From NCBI GenBank assembly GCA_015488325.1, contig WFOA01000017.1:1-59637 (forward strand): a stretch of DNA of 59,637 nt, in the 5' to 3' direction. Under the pieces are notes generated by a model. The model ran no database searches. It worked only from the letters and a program-made list of their open reading frames with translations, and was not told the DNA's origin. Positions 32,894 to 40,573 of the stretch are shown here, piece after piece. The position numbers and the translations under genes were made by a program. The first letter of the stretch is position 1. Each line of letters opens with the position of its first letter. The stretch is from Acidimicrobiia bacterium. GTDB lineage: Bacteria > Actinomycetota > Acidimicrobiia > Spongiisociales > ZC4RG35.

Positions 32894-34866
32894 TCCTCCG
32901 ACGTCTCGTCGACGACCACGAGGACCTCTTCCGCCTCCACCTGATCGCCGGGACCGACCCGCACGTTCGACACCACGCCTGCGTGGGGGGCTTTGAGGGA
33001 GTGTTCCATCTTCATCGCCTCCAGCACGACCATCACCTGCCCTTCGTCCACGGTCTCGCCTTCGGCGACCAGCACCTTGACGATCTTGCCCGGCATCGGA
33101 GCGTGGAGAGATCCGGGAGTGTCTTCCAGCTCTGCCTCCGGGAACCGGGGCTGCTCCACCAGGCGGCAATACCCGCCGGGCCCGTCGACATGATGCACCG
33201 GACCTACCCGGTGGATCCGGTACCAGCCGAGACGGCCGGCCACTTCCAGGCCGACCCGGTCGGGGGAGGCGGAGACGAGACGGACATCCGAAAGGGGCCG
33301 ACCGTCCACTTCGACGGTCAGCCCGGCTCGGGGCACGAACCGGTAGCCGACGGTGACGTCACCGTCGGAGCCGGTGAAGACGACCTGCTGGTTCTGGGAC
33401 GGGGAGTTCCGCCAGCCGCTCGGAATCGTGGCCTGCACCTTCGCCGACCGACGGCGGTCCTCCTGGGCGGCGAGGGCTGCCGCCACCGCCGACATGCGTT
33501 CCTCGTCGGCGTCGGGTAGGGGACGGGCGAGGAGGGCCGGGTCGTGGCGTTCGAGGAAGTGGGTGTCGAATTCGCCGGCGACGAACTCGGGATGTCGGAG
33601 GATCCGCACCAACAGCTCCCGGTTGGTGACGAGCCCGTGGATCTCGGCACGTTGCAGGACCGTGGCCAGCCGGCTGGTCGCCTCCTCCCTGCTCGGGGCC
33701 CAGACGATCACCTTGGCGATCATCGGGTCGTAGTGGATGGAGATCTCCGAGCCGTCTTCGACCCCGGTGTCGACCCGCACCCCCGGGTCGAACCGGAACC
33801 GGTCGAGGCGACCGGTCACGGGAAGGAACCCTCGGGTGGCGTCTTCGGCGTAGAGGCGAGCTTCGACGGCGTGTCCCCGCATCTGCGGCTCCCGCACCTC
33901 GTCGGGGAGGGGCTGGCCGTCGGCGACGAGAAGCTGGAGGCGCACCAGGTCGAGTCCGGTGATCTCTTCGGTGACGGGGTGTTCCACCTGGAGGCGGGTG
34001 TTCATCTCCAGGAACCAGAACTCGCCCCGCTGGAAGAGGAACTCGACGGTGCCCGCACCGACGTAGCCGACCGCCTCGGCGGCGGCCACCGCCGCTTTCC
34101 CCATCCGTTCCCGCAGCTCCGCGGTGAGCGCCGGCGACGGGGCCTCTTCGATGATCTTCTGGTGCCGGCGCTGGATCGAACATTCCCGTTCGTGGAGGGA
34201 GACGGTGGTTCCGAAACGGTCGGCGAACACCTGGATCTCGATGTGCCGGGGAGCTTCCAGGTAGTGCTCGACGAAGACCGTGTCGTCCCCGAACGCGGAG
34301 GCAGACTCCCGGCGGGCGGCCTCTACGGCGTCGAGGAGATGTTCGGAGTCGGGGACGATCCGCATGCCCTTCCCGCCGCCACCGGCAGACGCCTTCACCA
34401 GCACCGGATAGCCGATCCGTTCGGCTGCCTCTCTGATCGCCTCTTCGTCGAGGCCGGAGAGGTCGATCGAGTCGAGGACCGGCACCCCGGCGTCGGCGAC
34501 GAGCCGTTTCGAGCGGAGTTTCGAACCCATCGTCTCGATCGCTTCGGGAGGTGGACCCACCCAGGTGAGGCCGGCGTCGATGACGGCACGTGCGAACGCG
34601 GCGTTCTCGGCGAGGAAGCCGTAGCCGGGGTGGACGGCGTCGGCGCCGGTTCGCCGGGCGGCTTCGATCAGGGCGTCGATCCGCAGGTAGGACTCGGCGG
34701 GGGTCGAGCCGCCGAGGGGGACCCCTTCGTCGGCGTCGGCGACGAAGGGGGCGTGGCGGTCGGGTTCGGAGTAGACGGCGACGGTGGCGATGCCCATCTC
34801 CCGGCAGGTGCGGAACACCCGTCGGGCGATCTCTGCGCGGTTGGCCACCAGGAGTTTCCGAATCAC
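32890..34866 (-). CDS. Biotin-dependent acyl-CoA carboxylase alpha subunit (biotin carboxylase + BCCP; MccA/AccA1-like)
   Basis: GTG at 34866 gives VIRKLLVANRAEIARRVFRTCREMG. It has an ATP-grasp core and a C-terminal biotinyl motif (LEAMKMEH). The N-terminal 28 codons of the track ORF cover repeat copy B and were rejected. Confidence 0.9.
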   Translation of the reverse strand: MIRKLLVANRAEIARRVFRTCREMGIATVAVYSEPDRHAPFVADADEGVPLGGSTPAESYLRIDALIEAARRTGADAVHPGYGFLAENAAFARAVIDAGLTWVGPPPEAIETMGSKLRSKRLVADAGVPVLDSIDLSGLDEEAIREAAERIGYPVLVKASAGGGGKGMRIVPDSEHLLDAVEAARRESASAFGDDTVFVEHYLEAPRHIEIQVFADRFGTTVSLHERECSIQRRHQKIIEEAPSPALTAELRERMGKAAVAAAEAVGYVGAGTVEFLFQRGEFWFLEMNTRLQVEHPVTEEITGLDLVRLQLLVADGQPLPDEVREPQMRGHAVEARLYAEDATRGFLPVTGRLDRFRFDPGVRVDTGVEDGSEISIHYDPMIAKVIVWAPSREEATSRLATVLQRAEIHGLVTNRELLVRILRHPEFVAGEFDTHFLERHDPALLARPLPDADEERMSAVAAALAAQEDRRRSAKVQATIPSGWRNSPSQNQQVVFTGSDGDVTVGYRFVPRAGLTVEVDGRPLSDVRLVSASPDRVGLEVAGRLGWYRIHRVGPVHHVDGPGGYCRLVEQPRFPEAELEDTPGSLHAPMPGKIVKVLVAEGETVDEGQVMVVLEAMKMEHSLKAPHAGVVSNVRVGPGDQVEAEEVLVVVDETSEE

Positions 34867-34901
34867 GGCGGCGAGGTTAGCGACCGGGGTAGACGGCGGT
34901 T

Positions 34902-34940
34902 GTGTGCACGAGCTGGCGGCTTCCGCGTGCCCGTGCACAC
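34902..34940 (-). repeat. Copy B of the conserved 39-nt inverted-repeat element
   Basis: GTGTGCACGAGCTGGCGGCTTCCGCGTGCCCGTGCACAC. It has a perfect 8-bp stem (GTGTGCAC / GTGCACAC). It sits between the carboxyltransferase stop (34947) and the alpha-subunit start (34866). Confidence 0.85.
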
Positions 34941-34946
34941 GACCTG

Positions 34947-36545
34947 TCACATCCGGAAGACCCCGAACTCCGACGTCCCCTTCACCGGGCCGGAATGGAT
35001 GGCCGACAGGGCGATCCCCAGCACGGTGCGGGTGTCCCGGGGGTCGAACAGGCCGTCGTCACGGACCCGGGCGGTGGAGAAATAGGCCTGCTCCTCCTCG
35101 GAGATCTGATGTTCGATCATCGCCCGCATCGCAGCGTCGGCCTCCTCGTCGTAGGTCTGGCCTCGCGCCTCCGCGGCCGCCCGGGAGATGATCGACATCA
35201 CCCCGGCGAGCTGTTTCGGCCCCATCACCGCCACCTTGTGGTTGGGCCATCCGAACACGAACCGGGGATCGTAGGAACGTCCGCTCATGCCGTAGTTCCC
35301 CGCCCCGTACGACACACCCGCCATGAGGGAGATGTGAGGCACCGTCGAGTTGGCGACGGCGTTGATCATCTTCGCCCCGTCTTTGATGATCCCCCGCTGC
35401 TCGTAGATCTTGCCGACCATGTAGCCGGTGGTGTTGTGGATGAACAGGATCGGCAGGTCGTAGCGGTTGCAGAGCTGGATGAACTCGGTGGTCTTCTGGG
35501 CCTCCTCGGAGAAGATCACCCCCTGCTGGTTGGCGACGACTCCGATCGGGAACCCGTGGATCGACCCCCAGCCGGTCACCATCGAGGTCCCGTAGAGCTG
35601 TTTGTACTCTTCGAAGCGGGACCCGTCGAGGATCCGGGCGAGGACTTCCCGCATGTCGAAGGGCACCCGCAGGTCCCGGGGGACGATCCCCAACAGGTCT
35701 TCGGGGTCGTGGACGGGTTCGTCGGCGGGCATCGTCGGCCCGTAGCCCTGCTTGCGCCAGTTCAGGTGGGCGACGATCTCCCGGCCCATGCGGATCGCCT
35801 CCAGTTCGTCCCGGGCGAAGTAGTCCGACAGCCCCGAGATCCGGGAGTGCATTTCGGCACCACCCAACTCTTCGTCGGTGGATTCTTCGCCGGTCGCCAT
35901 CTTCACGAGGGGTGGACCGCCGAGGAAGACCTTGGCGCGTTCTTTCACCATCACCGCGTAGTCGCACATGGCCGGGACGTAGGCGCCGCCTGCGGTCGAG
36001 TTGCCGAACACGAGGGCGACGGTGGGGATCCCCAGCCGGGAGAGCTGGGTGAGGTTGCGGAACCATTTTCCTCCGGTGATGAACACTTCGGCCTGGTCGG
36101 GGAGGTCGGCGCCACCGGATTCGACCAGGTTGACCAGGGGGAGGCGGTTCTGGCGGGCGATGTCTTGGGCCCGGAGGGTCTTGGCGAGGGTGTAGCGGTT
36201 CGACGAGCCTGCCTGGGACGTCGGGTCGTTGGCGGAGATGACGCACTCTACCCCCGAGATCACCCCGATCCCGGTGACGGCGTTCGCTCCCAGGTTCTTG
36301 TCGGTACCCCAGGCGGCGAGGGTGGAAAACTCGAGGAACGCGGTGTCGGGGTCGATGAGCAGCTCGATCCGTTCCCGGGCGAGGAGCTTGCCCCGTTTGC
36401 GGTGCCGGTCGATGTATTTCTGTCCCCCGCCGAGGCGGGCTTTGGCCTGGAGCTCTTCGAATTCGGCGAGCTTGGCCAGCATCGCCTCCCGGTTGGCTCG
36501 GAACTCCTCGGACGAACGGTCGACCTTGGTGGGCAGCACCTGCAT
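34947..36545 (-). CDS. Acyl-CoA carboxylase carboxyltransferase (beta) subunit, methylcrotonyl-CoA carboxylase-like (MccB/AccD1-like)
   Basis: ATG at 36545 gives MQVLPTKVDRSSEEFRANREAMLAKLAEF...GGGQKYIDRHRKRGKLLARERIELLIDP. Motifs along the length are VESGGADLP, GNSTAGGAYVPAM and GGPPLVKMATGEE. It closely follows the LiuB/AccD1 pattern. Confidence 0.88.
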   Translation of the reverse strand: MQVLPTKVDRSSEEFRANREAMLAKLAEFEELQAKARLGGGQKYIDRHRKRGKLLARERIELLIDPDTAFLEFSTLAAWGTDKNLGANAVTGIGVISGVECVISANDPTSQAGSSNRYTLAKTLRAQDIARQNRLPLVNLVESGGADLPDQAEVFITGGKWFRNLTQLSRLGIPTVALVFGNSTAGGAYVPAMCDYAVMVKERAKVFLGGPPLVKMATGEESTDEELGGAEMHSRISGLSDYFARDELEAIRMGREIVAHLNWRKQGYGPTMPADEPVHDPEDLLGIVPRDLRVPFDMREVLARILDGSRFEEYKQLYGTSMVTGWGSIHGFPIGVVANQQGVIFSEEAQKTTEFIQLCNRYDLPILFIHNTTGYMVGKIYEQRGIIKDGAKMINAVANSTVPHISLMAGVSYGAGNYGMSGRSYDPRFVFGWPNHKVAVMGPKQLAGVMSIISRAAAEARGQTYDEEADAAMRAMIEHQISEEEQAYFSTARVRDDGLFDPRDTRTVLGIALSAIHSGPVKGTSEFGVFRM

Positions 36546-36591
36546 GGATGGAGAGAGTAGCGGTGGGGCGGCTGGGGAGCTGAGCGGGGCC

Positions 36592-36663
36592 GGTGGTGTG
36601 TGCGGGCGCGCGGATGTGTCCGGACGGGGTGGTGTGTGCGGGCGCGCGGATGTGTCCGGACGG
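36592..36663 (+). repeat. Perfect 36-bp tandem duplication (2 copies) in the carboxyltransferase upstream region
   Basis: GGTGGTGTGTGCGGGCGCGCGGATGTGTCCGGACGG occurs at 36592-36627 and identically at 36628-36663. Copy C of the 39-nt element follows immediately. Confidence 0.95.
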
Positions 36664-36673
36664 TCTGCGTCCT

Positions 36674-36712
36674 GTGTACATGAGCTGGTGGTTTCCGCGT
36701 GCCGGTGCACAC
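36674..36712 (-). repeat. Copy C of the conserved 39-nt inverted-repeat element
   Basis: GTGTACATGAGCTGGTGGTTTCCGCGTGCCGGTGCACAC. It lies in the divergent region between the carboxyltransferase gene (minus strand) and the GMC oxidoreductase gene (plus strand, start 36782). Confidence 0.85.
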
Positions 36713-36781
36713 AACCTCGCCTCTGGGCGACGTGCCGCCGCCGGGGTCCGTATCGTCCGGGGGGCGACGGAGGAGGGAAGC

Positions 36782-38347
36782 GTGTACGACTATGTGATCG
36801 TCGGTGCCGGGTCGGCCGGCTGTGTGCTCGCCGCTCGCCTGTCGGAGGATCCCACCGTCAAGGTCCTCCTGTTGGAGGCCGGTCCCACGGACAGGAAACA
36901 GGAGGTGACGATCCCCGCCGCCTTCTCCAAACTGTTCAAGACCGAACGGGACTGGGACTATGCCACCGTCCCCCAGGAGAACCTCAACGGTCGCCGCCTC
37001 TACTGGCCCCGGGGGAAGATGCTCGGTGGGTCGTCGTCGATCAACGCCATGATGTGGGTGCGGGGGATCCCCGCCGACTACGACGCCTGGGCCGAAGCGG
37101 GCTGCGACGGCTGGTCGTACGACGATGTGCTCCCCTTCTTCCGCAAGATCGAAGACGCCGAACGCGACGGTGGCGAACACACCGGACGCGGCGGTCCCCT
37201 CCCCGTCTGCGAGCAGCGCGACCCGAACCCGGCGACGCTGCGTTTCGTCGAAGCCTGCGTCAACGCCGGGTTCCGTCGTAACGCCAACCCGAACGCGGGC
37301 GACAACGAAGGGGTGTCCCTCGCCCAGGTGACCCAGCGGCGGGGTGCTCGGGCGTCGACCGCCTGGGCGTATCTCCGGCCGGCGATGAAACGTCCCAACC
37401 TGACGGTGGAGACCCAGGCCCTGGCGACCAGGGTGGTGGTGGAGCGGGGCCGAGCCACCGGGGTCACTTACCTCCGTGGCGGCGAGATCCGCACCGTCCG
37501 GGCCGAGCGGGAGGTGGTCTTGGCGGGCGGGGCGGTGAACTCACCCCAGCTTCTGCTCCTGTCCGGGATCGGTCCCGCCGACGAACTGCGGGCCGTCGGC
37601 GTGGAGCCGGTGGTCGACCTGCCGGGGGTGGGACGTAACCTGTCGGATCATCTCGCCGCCGGGGTGGTCGTCTCGACTTCCCGCACCGACACCCTCGTGT
37701 CCGCCGAGTCGCTCCGCCATCTCCTCGCCTACCTGTTCTTCCGGAGGGGGCCGCTCACCTCCAACGTCGGGGAGGCCCACGCCTTCTTCAGGTCCGACGA
37801 GTCGCTCCCGGCGTGTGACCTCGAGTTCGTGTTCGCTCCGGTGCCGTTCCTCGATCACGGCCAGACCGACCCTCCCGGCCACGGCCTCACCATCGGGGTG
37901 ATCCTCCTCCAGCCGAAGTCGCGTGGGCGGATCACCCTCGCCTCCGCCGACCCGACGGTCCCGCCGCTCATCGACCCGAACTATCTGGCCGAACCCGAGG
38001 ATCTCCAGGCCCTCGTCGTCGGGGTGAGGCGGGCGGTCGAGGTGTTCGGCACCGAGCCTCTCGCCTCCGAAGTGGGTGAACCGTTGCGGCCGGAGTCGTT
38101 CCCGACCGACGACGCCGGCTGGGCCCAGGCGATCCGCGCCTACGCCGAGACCCTGTACCACCCGGTGGGGACGGCCAAGATGGGCACCGACGACGACGCG
38201 GTGGTGGACCCGGAGCTGAAGGTGCGGGGGGTGGAGGGCCTGCGGGTGGCCGACGCCTCGGTGATGCCCACCCTCAATAGGGGCCACACGAACGCCCCGG
38301 CGATCATGATCGGTGAACGGGCGGCGGCGATGATCGTCCACGGTTGA
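36782..38347 (+). CDS. GMC-family FAD-dependent oxidoreductase (choline dehydrogenase-like)
   Basis: GTG at 36782 after GGAGGAGGGAAG. It has YDYVIVGAGSAGCVLAARLSED, GKMLGGSSSINAMMW and the C-terminal GMC signature (HPVGTAKMG...). Confidence 0.9.
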   Translation: MYDYVIVGAGSAGCVLAARLSEDPTVKVLLLEAGPTDRKQEVTIPAAFSKLFKTERDWDYATVPQENLNGRRLYWPRGKMLGGSSSINAMMWVRGIPADYDAWAEAGCDGWSYDDVLPFFRKIEDAERDGGEHTGRGGPLPVCEQRDPNPATLRFVEACVNAGFRRNANPNAGDNEGVSLAQVTQRRGARASTAWAYLRPAMKRPNLTVETQALATRVVVERGRATGVTYLRGGEIRTVRAEREVVLAGGAVNSPQLLLLSGIGPADELRAVGVEPVVDLPGVGRNLSDHLAAGVVVSTSRTDTLVSAESLRHLLAYLFFRRGPLTSNVGEAHAFFRSDESLPACDLEFVFAPVPFLDHGQTDPPGHGLTIGVILLQPKSRGRITLASADPTVPPLIDPNYLAEPEDLQALVVGVRRAVEVFGTEPLASEVGEPLRPESFPTDDAGWAQAIRAYAETLYHPVGTAKMGTDDDAVVDPELKVRGVEGLRVADASVMPTLNRGHTNAPAIMIGERAAAMIVHG

Positions 38348-39387
38348 CGGGTGGCCTGATGTCGCAGCTTCGCCGCCAGACGACCGATCGCCCGCCGCCG
38401 TCGGTCACGTCGCCCGGTGAGGATCTGGTGACGGCCCTCTTGTCGCTGTGGATGATGGTGGGGCTGTTCGCCGACGGATGGGCTCACCGCCACGTCGACG
38501 GCCTGGAGACCTTCTGGACGCCGTCGCATGGCCTGTTCTATTCGGGGTTCGCGGCGACCGCCGGGTGGGTCCTCTGGGTGGTGGCGGTTCGACGTCGTCG
38601 CCGGGAACCGGTCCCGCCCGGATATCCCCTCACGTTGGTGGGGGTCGCCGTCTTCGCTGCCGGCGGCGTGGGGGACGCCGTCTGGCACACCCTGTTCGGG
38701 ATCGAGACGTCCGTCGACGCCCTGTTCAGCCCCACCCATCTGCTGTTGTTCGCCGGGATCGCCCTGGTGGTGACCACGCCTCTGCGGGCGTTCCGGCACC
38801 GGTCGACGACGGACCGGCCGCCCTTCGGTGCCTTCGTTCCGGTGGTCGTCTCCGTCACCCTCCTCGTCGTCGGCGCCCAGTTCACCTTCATGTGGGCGTC
38901 GGGGTTGAACATCGGCGCTCCCGCGTTCCCGTTCCTCCCCGGTTCTGTCGGCCAGTTCCGGGTGGGCGCCGGGGTGTTGGCGATCCTGTCGACGACGGCG
39001 ATCGTGTTCGGTCCCGGGTTGTGGATGGTGAGCCGGTGGCGTCCACCGGCAGGGACCTTCACCGTCGTGTTGGGGACGTTGGGGGTGCTCATGCAGCTTC
39101 TCGAAGGCTTTGCCGACCCGTGGGAGATCGTCCCACCGCTGGCAGGTGGGGTGGTCGCCGACGTCCTCGTCGCCGTGCTGGAGCCGACCGTTTCCCGTCC
39201 CCGCCGGTTCCACCTGTTCGCGTTCGTCGCCCCGGTCGCCCTCTGGTCGATCTATTTCGCCGTCTTCGAGATGGTGGACACGGTCCGGTGGCCGCCGGAG
39301 ATGTGGGCGGGGACCATCGGCTGGTCCGGTGTCGTCGGGTTGGGGATGTCGATGCTCGTGGCGGCCGGCCACGACCTTCCCCGGTGA
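38344..39387 (+). CDS. Polytopic membrane protein, unknown function
   Basis: About 8 hydrophobic helices with conserved-looking His/Trp positions (DGWAHRHVD, DAVWHTLFGIE). The start is TTG 38344 (overlapping the GMC stop) or ATG 38359. Confidence 0.6.
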   Translation: MTGGLMSQLRRQTTDRPPPSVTSPGEDLVTALLSLWMMVGLFADGWAHRHVDGLETFWTPSHGLFYSGFAATAGWVLWVVAVRRRRREPVPPGYPLTLVGVAVFAAGGVGDAVWHTLFGIETSVDALFSPTHLLLFAGIALVVTTPLRAFRHRSTTDRPPFGAFVPVVVSVTLLVVGAQFTFMWASGLNIGAPAFPFLPGSVGQFRVGAGVLAILSTTAIVFGPGLWMVSRWRPPAGTFTVVLGTLGVLMQLLEGFADPWEIVPPLAGGVVADVLVAVLEPTVSRPRRFHLFAFVAPVALWSIYFAVFEMVDTVRWPPEMWAGTIGWSGVVGLGMSMLVAAGHDLPR

Positions 39388-39411
39388 GATGCGGCCGGCG
39401 GCTCCGTCGGG

Positions 39412-40128
39412 TCAGCTCAGGGAGCGGCCGCCGCCGATGACGAACACCTGGCCGGTGATGTAGGAGGCACGGTCGGAGGCGAGGAAGGCGACCAGCTCCG
39501 CCACCTCGTCGGGCCGTCCCATCCGCCCCATCGGGATGGCCGACACCATCTTGTCGCGGATCTCTTCGGGGATCTTCATCACCATCTCGGTGCCGATCAG
39601 CCCGGGAGCGACGGCGTTGACTCGGATACGGGGGGCGAGTTTCAGGGCGAAGGCCCGGCTGAGGCCGACCACCCCGCCTTTCGACATCGAATAGTTGTAC
39701 TGCCCGAAGTTGCCGAGGTAGGAGCGGGAGGCGATGTTGACGATCGCCGAACCGTCCACCATGTGGGGGACGAGGGCTTCGCTGAGGAGGTAGACGGCGC
39801 CGAGGTTGACTCCGAGCACGGCGGCGAAGTCGTCGTCGGTCATGTTGACGATCCGGGCGTCCCGGGTGATCCCGGCGTTGTTGACCACGACCCGCAGGTC
39901 CCCGGCCTCTTCGGCCGCGGCGACGACGGCCGCCCGGCCGTCGGGGTCGGTGAGGTCGGCCTGGACGGGCACCACCTTGGTGCCGTCCGATTCCAGGTCT
40001 ACCGCCGTCTCGGCGAGGGCGGGGGAGAGGTCCACCACCACCAGGGTGTCCACGTCGGCGGCGAGCCGGGTGGCGATGGCCCGGCCGATCCCTCGGGCGG
40101 CTCCGGTGACGACCCCGACGCCGCTCAC
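39412..40128 (-). CDS. Short-chain dehydrogenase/reductase (FabG-like 3-oxoacyl reductase)
   Basis: GTG at 40128. It has TGAARGIGRAIA, NNAGI and the catalytic YxxxK (YSMSKGG). The start overlaps the upstream stop (GTGA). Confidence 0.88.
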   Translation of the reverse strand: MSGVGVVTGAARGIGRAIATRLAADVDTLVVVDLSPALAETAVDLESDGTKVVPVQADLTDPDGRAAVVAAAEEAGDLRVVVNNAGITRDARIVNMTDDDFAAVLGVNLGAVYLLSEALVPHMVDGSAIVNIASRSYLGNFGQYNYSMSKGGVVGLSRAFALKLAPRIRVNAVAPGLIGTEMVMKIPEEIRDKMVSAIPMGRMGRPDEVAELVAFLASDRASYITGQVFVIGGGRSLS

Positions 40129-40565
40129 GGCAGGGCCTTTCCCAGGTGGGCTCCGCCCATCCTGACGATCTCCCCGGTCGGCCCACCCGGTTCCAGCAGC
40201 CGGGCCACCCAGGTGGCGACGGCCGGCGGGTCCGAATCCTGTTCGACGGCGAGCACGTTCACAGGCACTCCGGCCTTGAGTTGTTCGACGGCGGCGGTAC
40301 GGGCCCCCGACAGCAGACCGGTCGCCACCATCGCCTGCCCCGGTCCCCGGCGTCCCAGCAGGTCGTCGTGGGCGACGACGTAGACCACCGGCGCCTGGTG
40401 GCGGACCGCTTCCCGGGTGAGTTGGAAAGCGGCGGTGAGTTCGGCCAGCACGTCGTCCCAGCCGTCGCCGACGTCGGCGGCGGCGAAGACGAGACCGTCG
40501 GAGGGTTCGCCTCGGCTGAGGCCTTCGGTCACGAGGGCGTCGGCCAGGTCGGGTCCACAGCGCAT
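40125..40565 (-). CDS. Short, degenerate SDR-like protein (cofactor and catalytic motifs eroded)
   Basis: 146 aa. It has a remnant of the Rossmann motif (ALVTEGLSRGE in place of TGxxxGxG) and no YxxxK. It is translationally coupled to the FabG-like gene. The start is uncertain (ATG 40565). Confidence 0.5.
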   Translation of the reverse strand: MRCGPDLADALVTEGLSRGEPSDGLVFAAADVGDGWDDVLAELTAAFQLTREAVRHQAPVVYVVAHDDLLGRRGPGQAMVATGLLSGARTAAVEQLKAGVPVNVLAVEQDSDPPAVATWVARLLEPGGPTGEIVRMGGAHLGKALP

Positions 40566-40573
40566 GTGGGCTT

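Noticed and set aside
36546-36710. N-terminal extension of the carboxyltransferase containing the 12-aa tandem repeat RPDTSARPHTPP x2 (track ORF 34947-36710).
   Set aside because: Homologous carboxyltransferases start at the equivalent of MQVLPTKV (36545). The extension is made of the non-coding repeat elements and is low-complexity. No SD precedes 36710.
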